From the NCBI RefSeq assembly GCF_009914755.1, contig NC_060943.1: DNA of 64,000 bases; one strand, 5' to 3'. The DNA comes from the human T2T-CHM13v2.0 reference genome, Homo sapiens. The notes below the pieces were generated by a model. That model made no database searches, was not told the origin of the DNA, and was given only the letters and a program-made list of their open reading frames with translations. The position numbers and the translations under genes are program-made. This document shows positions 62,073-64,000 of the stretch, piece after piece. Numbering within the stretch: the stretch's first letter is position 1; each line of letters begins with the position of its first letter.

Positions 62073-62556
62073 TAGAGGTGGGCACCACCACACCTGTGTT
62101 CAAGCAATTCTCCTGCCTCAGCCTTCAAGTAGCTGGGATTACAGGCAGGTGCCACCACGCCCAGCTAAGTTTTGTACTTTTAGTAGAGATGGGGTTTCAC
62201 CATGTTACCCTGGATGGTCTCAAACTCCTCAAGTCAGGTGATCCACCTGCCTTGGCCTCCCAAAGTACTGGGATTCCAGGCCTGAGGCACTGCACCTGGC
62301 CATATATTTTTTATATTGTCCATAAAACTGAGACTTCCACAGTGACTTAGGGGATTTTAAAATCTATCAAGGAAAAGTGCAATAAAATGCAACTATACAG
62401 AAAAAACTGTTCAAAAATACCTTAATGCGGCTTTGTCAGAACACCGTCTTGGATCAAATCGATACTTATTTTCTCTTTTCTCATTTCATGTGAAGGTGAT
62501 GACTCACTCCTCCCTAATGTTTTGTTGAAATCTGTCTTTCATTTTAGGGACACTAG

Positions 62557-62802
<246 letters not shown>

Positions 62803-63210
62803 TGATGACCCTCATATTTGTCATGGACAGCTTCTTAGAGACTCCCTTATGGAGTGGTTTTACATAAAACCAGAAAATTCATGAAGAACACTTTGACTAA
62901 TAAGATTGAACATCATCCTGCTCTAGGCAGAGATGCCCCTGGAGGCCCTGAGCGGAATTGTCACCATGGCCCAGGATATGAGATAGAAAGCATCACACTG
63001 ACTGACAAGTGTTTCCAGCTGCGCTTGTGGTTTTGTGTTTTTTGTTTCATTTTGTTTTTATGAGACAGAGTGTTGAACAGGTTGGAGTGCAGTGTCGTGA
63101 TCTCAGCTCATTGCAACCTCCACCTTCTGGGCTCAAGCAATTCACATACCTGAGCCTCCCAACCTAACTGAAATTACAGATGCATGTCACCATACCTGGC
63201 TAATTTTGTA

Positions 63211-64000
63211 TTTTTTTTATTTTTATTTTATTTTTATTTTTTTTATTGATCATTCTTGGGTGTTTCTCACAGAGGGGGATTTGGCAGGGTCACAGGACAA
63301 TAGTGGAGGGAAGGTCAGCAGATAAACAAGTGAACAAAGGTCTCTGGTTTTCCTAGGCAGAGGACCCTGCGGCCTTCCGCAGTGTTTGTGTCCCTGGGTA
63401 CCTGAGATTAGGGAGTGGTGATGACTCTTAAGGAGCATGCTGCCTTCAAGCATCTGTTTAACAAAGCACATCTTGCACCACCCTTAATCCATTCAACCCT
63501 GAGTGGATACAGCACATGTTTCAGAGAGCACAGGGTTGGGGGTAAGGTCACCGATAAACAGGATCCCAAGGCAGAAGAATTTTTCTTAGTACAGAACAAA
63601 ATGAAAAGTCTCCCATGTCTACCTCTTTCTACACAGACACCACAACCATCCGATTTCTCAATCTTTTCCCCACCTTTCCCCCCTTTCTATTCTACAAAAC
63701 CGCCATTGTCATCATGGCCCGTTCTCAATGAGCTGTTGGGTACACCTCCCAGACAGGGTGGTGGCTGGGCAGAGGGGCTCCTCACTTCCCAGTAGGCGCG
63801 GCCGGGCAGAGGCGCCCCTCACTTCCCGGATGGGGCGGCTGGCCGGGCAGGGGGCTGACCCCCCCACCTCCCTCCCGGAGGGAGCGGCTGGCCGGGCAGA
63901 GGGGCTCCTCACTTCCCAGTAGGGGCGGCTGGGTAGAGGCGCCCCTCACCTGCCAGATGGGGTGGCTGGCCGGGCGGGGGGCTGACCCCCCCACCTCCCT
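63211..64000 (-). mobile_element. SVA retrotransposon: poly(A) tail, SINE-R and start of VNTR; continues beyond the window
   Basis: T-rich tail, then attgatcattcttgggtgtttctc. HML-2 LTR/env-derived SINE-R to ~63745, then GC-rich VNTR (gggcggctggccgggc, ctcctcacttcccag). Inserted at the A-rich linker of an antisense Alu (63060-63210). Confidence 0.95.

Noticed and set aside
63408-63994. ORFs at the window end
   Set aside because: SVA SINE-R and VNTR translations.

Overview
Human (or very close hominid) genomic DNA from the Alu-saturated 19q13.41 KRAB-C2H2 zinc-finger cluster. Three tandem, paralogous + strand units are visible. The first is ZNF808: exons 13875-13937, 18102-18228 and 23697-26218 splice to 903 aa, with KRAB-A, 1 degenerate and 23 intact fingers. 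The second is ZNF701: 465 aa, or 531 aa with an in-frame exon exapted from an antisense Alu. The third is the 5' part of a pseudogenised unit, probably ZNF137P, with TAG in codon 3 of its KRAB exon and an SVA just downstream. Each unit has a paralogous CpG-rich promoter. Between the genes lie two 'ghost' paralogue remnants that kept introns but lost exons, an RPL39 processed pseudogene, an HSMAR2 fragment, and LTR5, LTR13, MER4, MER51-like and MER101/LTR47-like LTRs. I see no new protein-coding system: nearly all short ORFs in the track are Alu or off-frame zinc-finger artefacts. The most interesting signals are structural or regulatory. They are an inverted templated copy flanking the ZNF808 promoter, a near-identical 170-bp island with a perfect ATGACTCAGCA element shared by ZNF808 and a ghost gene, a dead KRAB-B exon with intact splice sites in ZNF701, stepwise stop-codon truncation that moved fingers and miRNA seed sites into 3'UTRs, and a fold-back repeat broken by three Alus. 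Gene and repeat names come from my recall of reference and consensus sequences, not from a database search.
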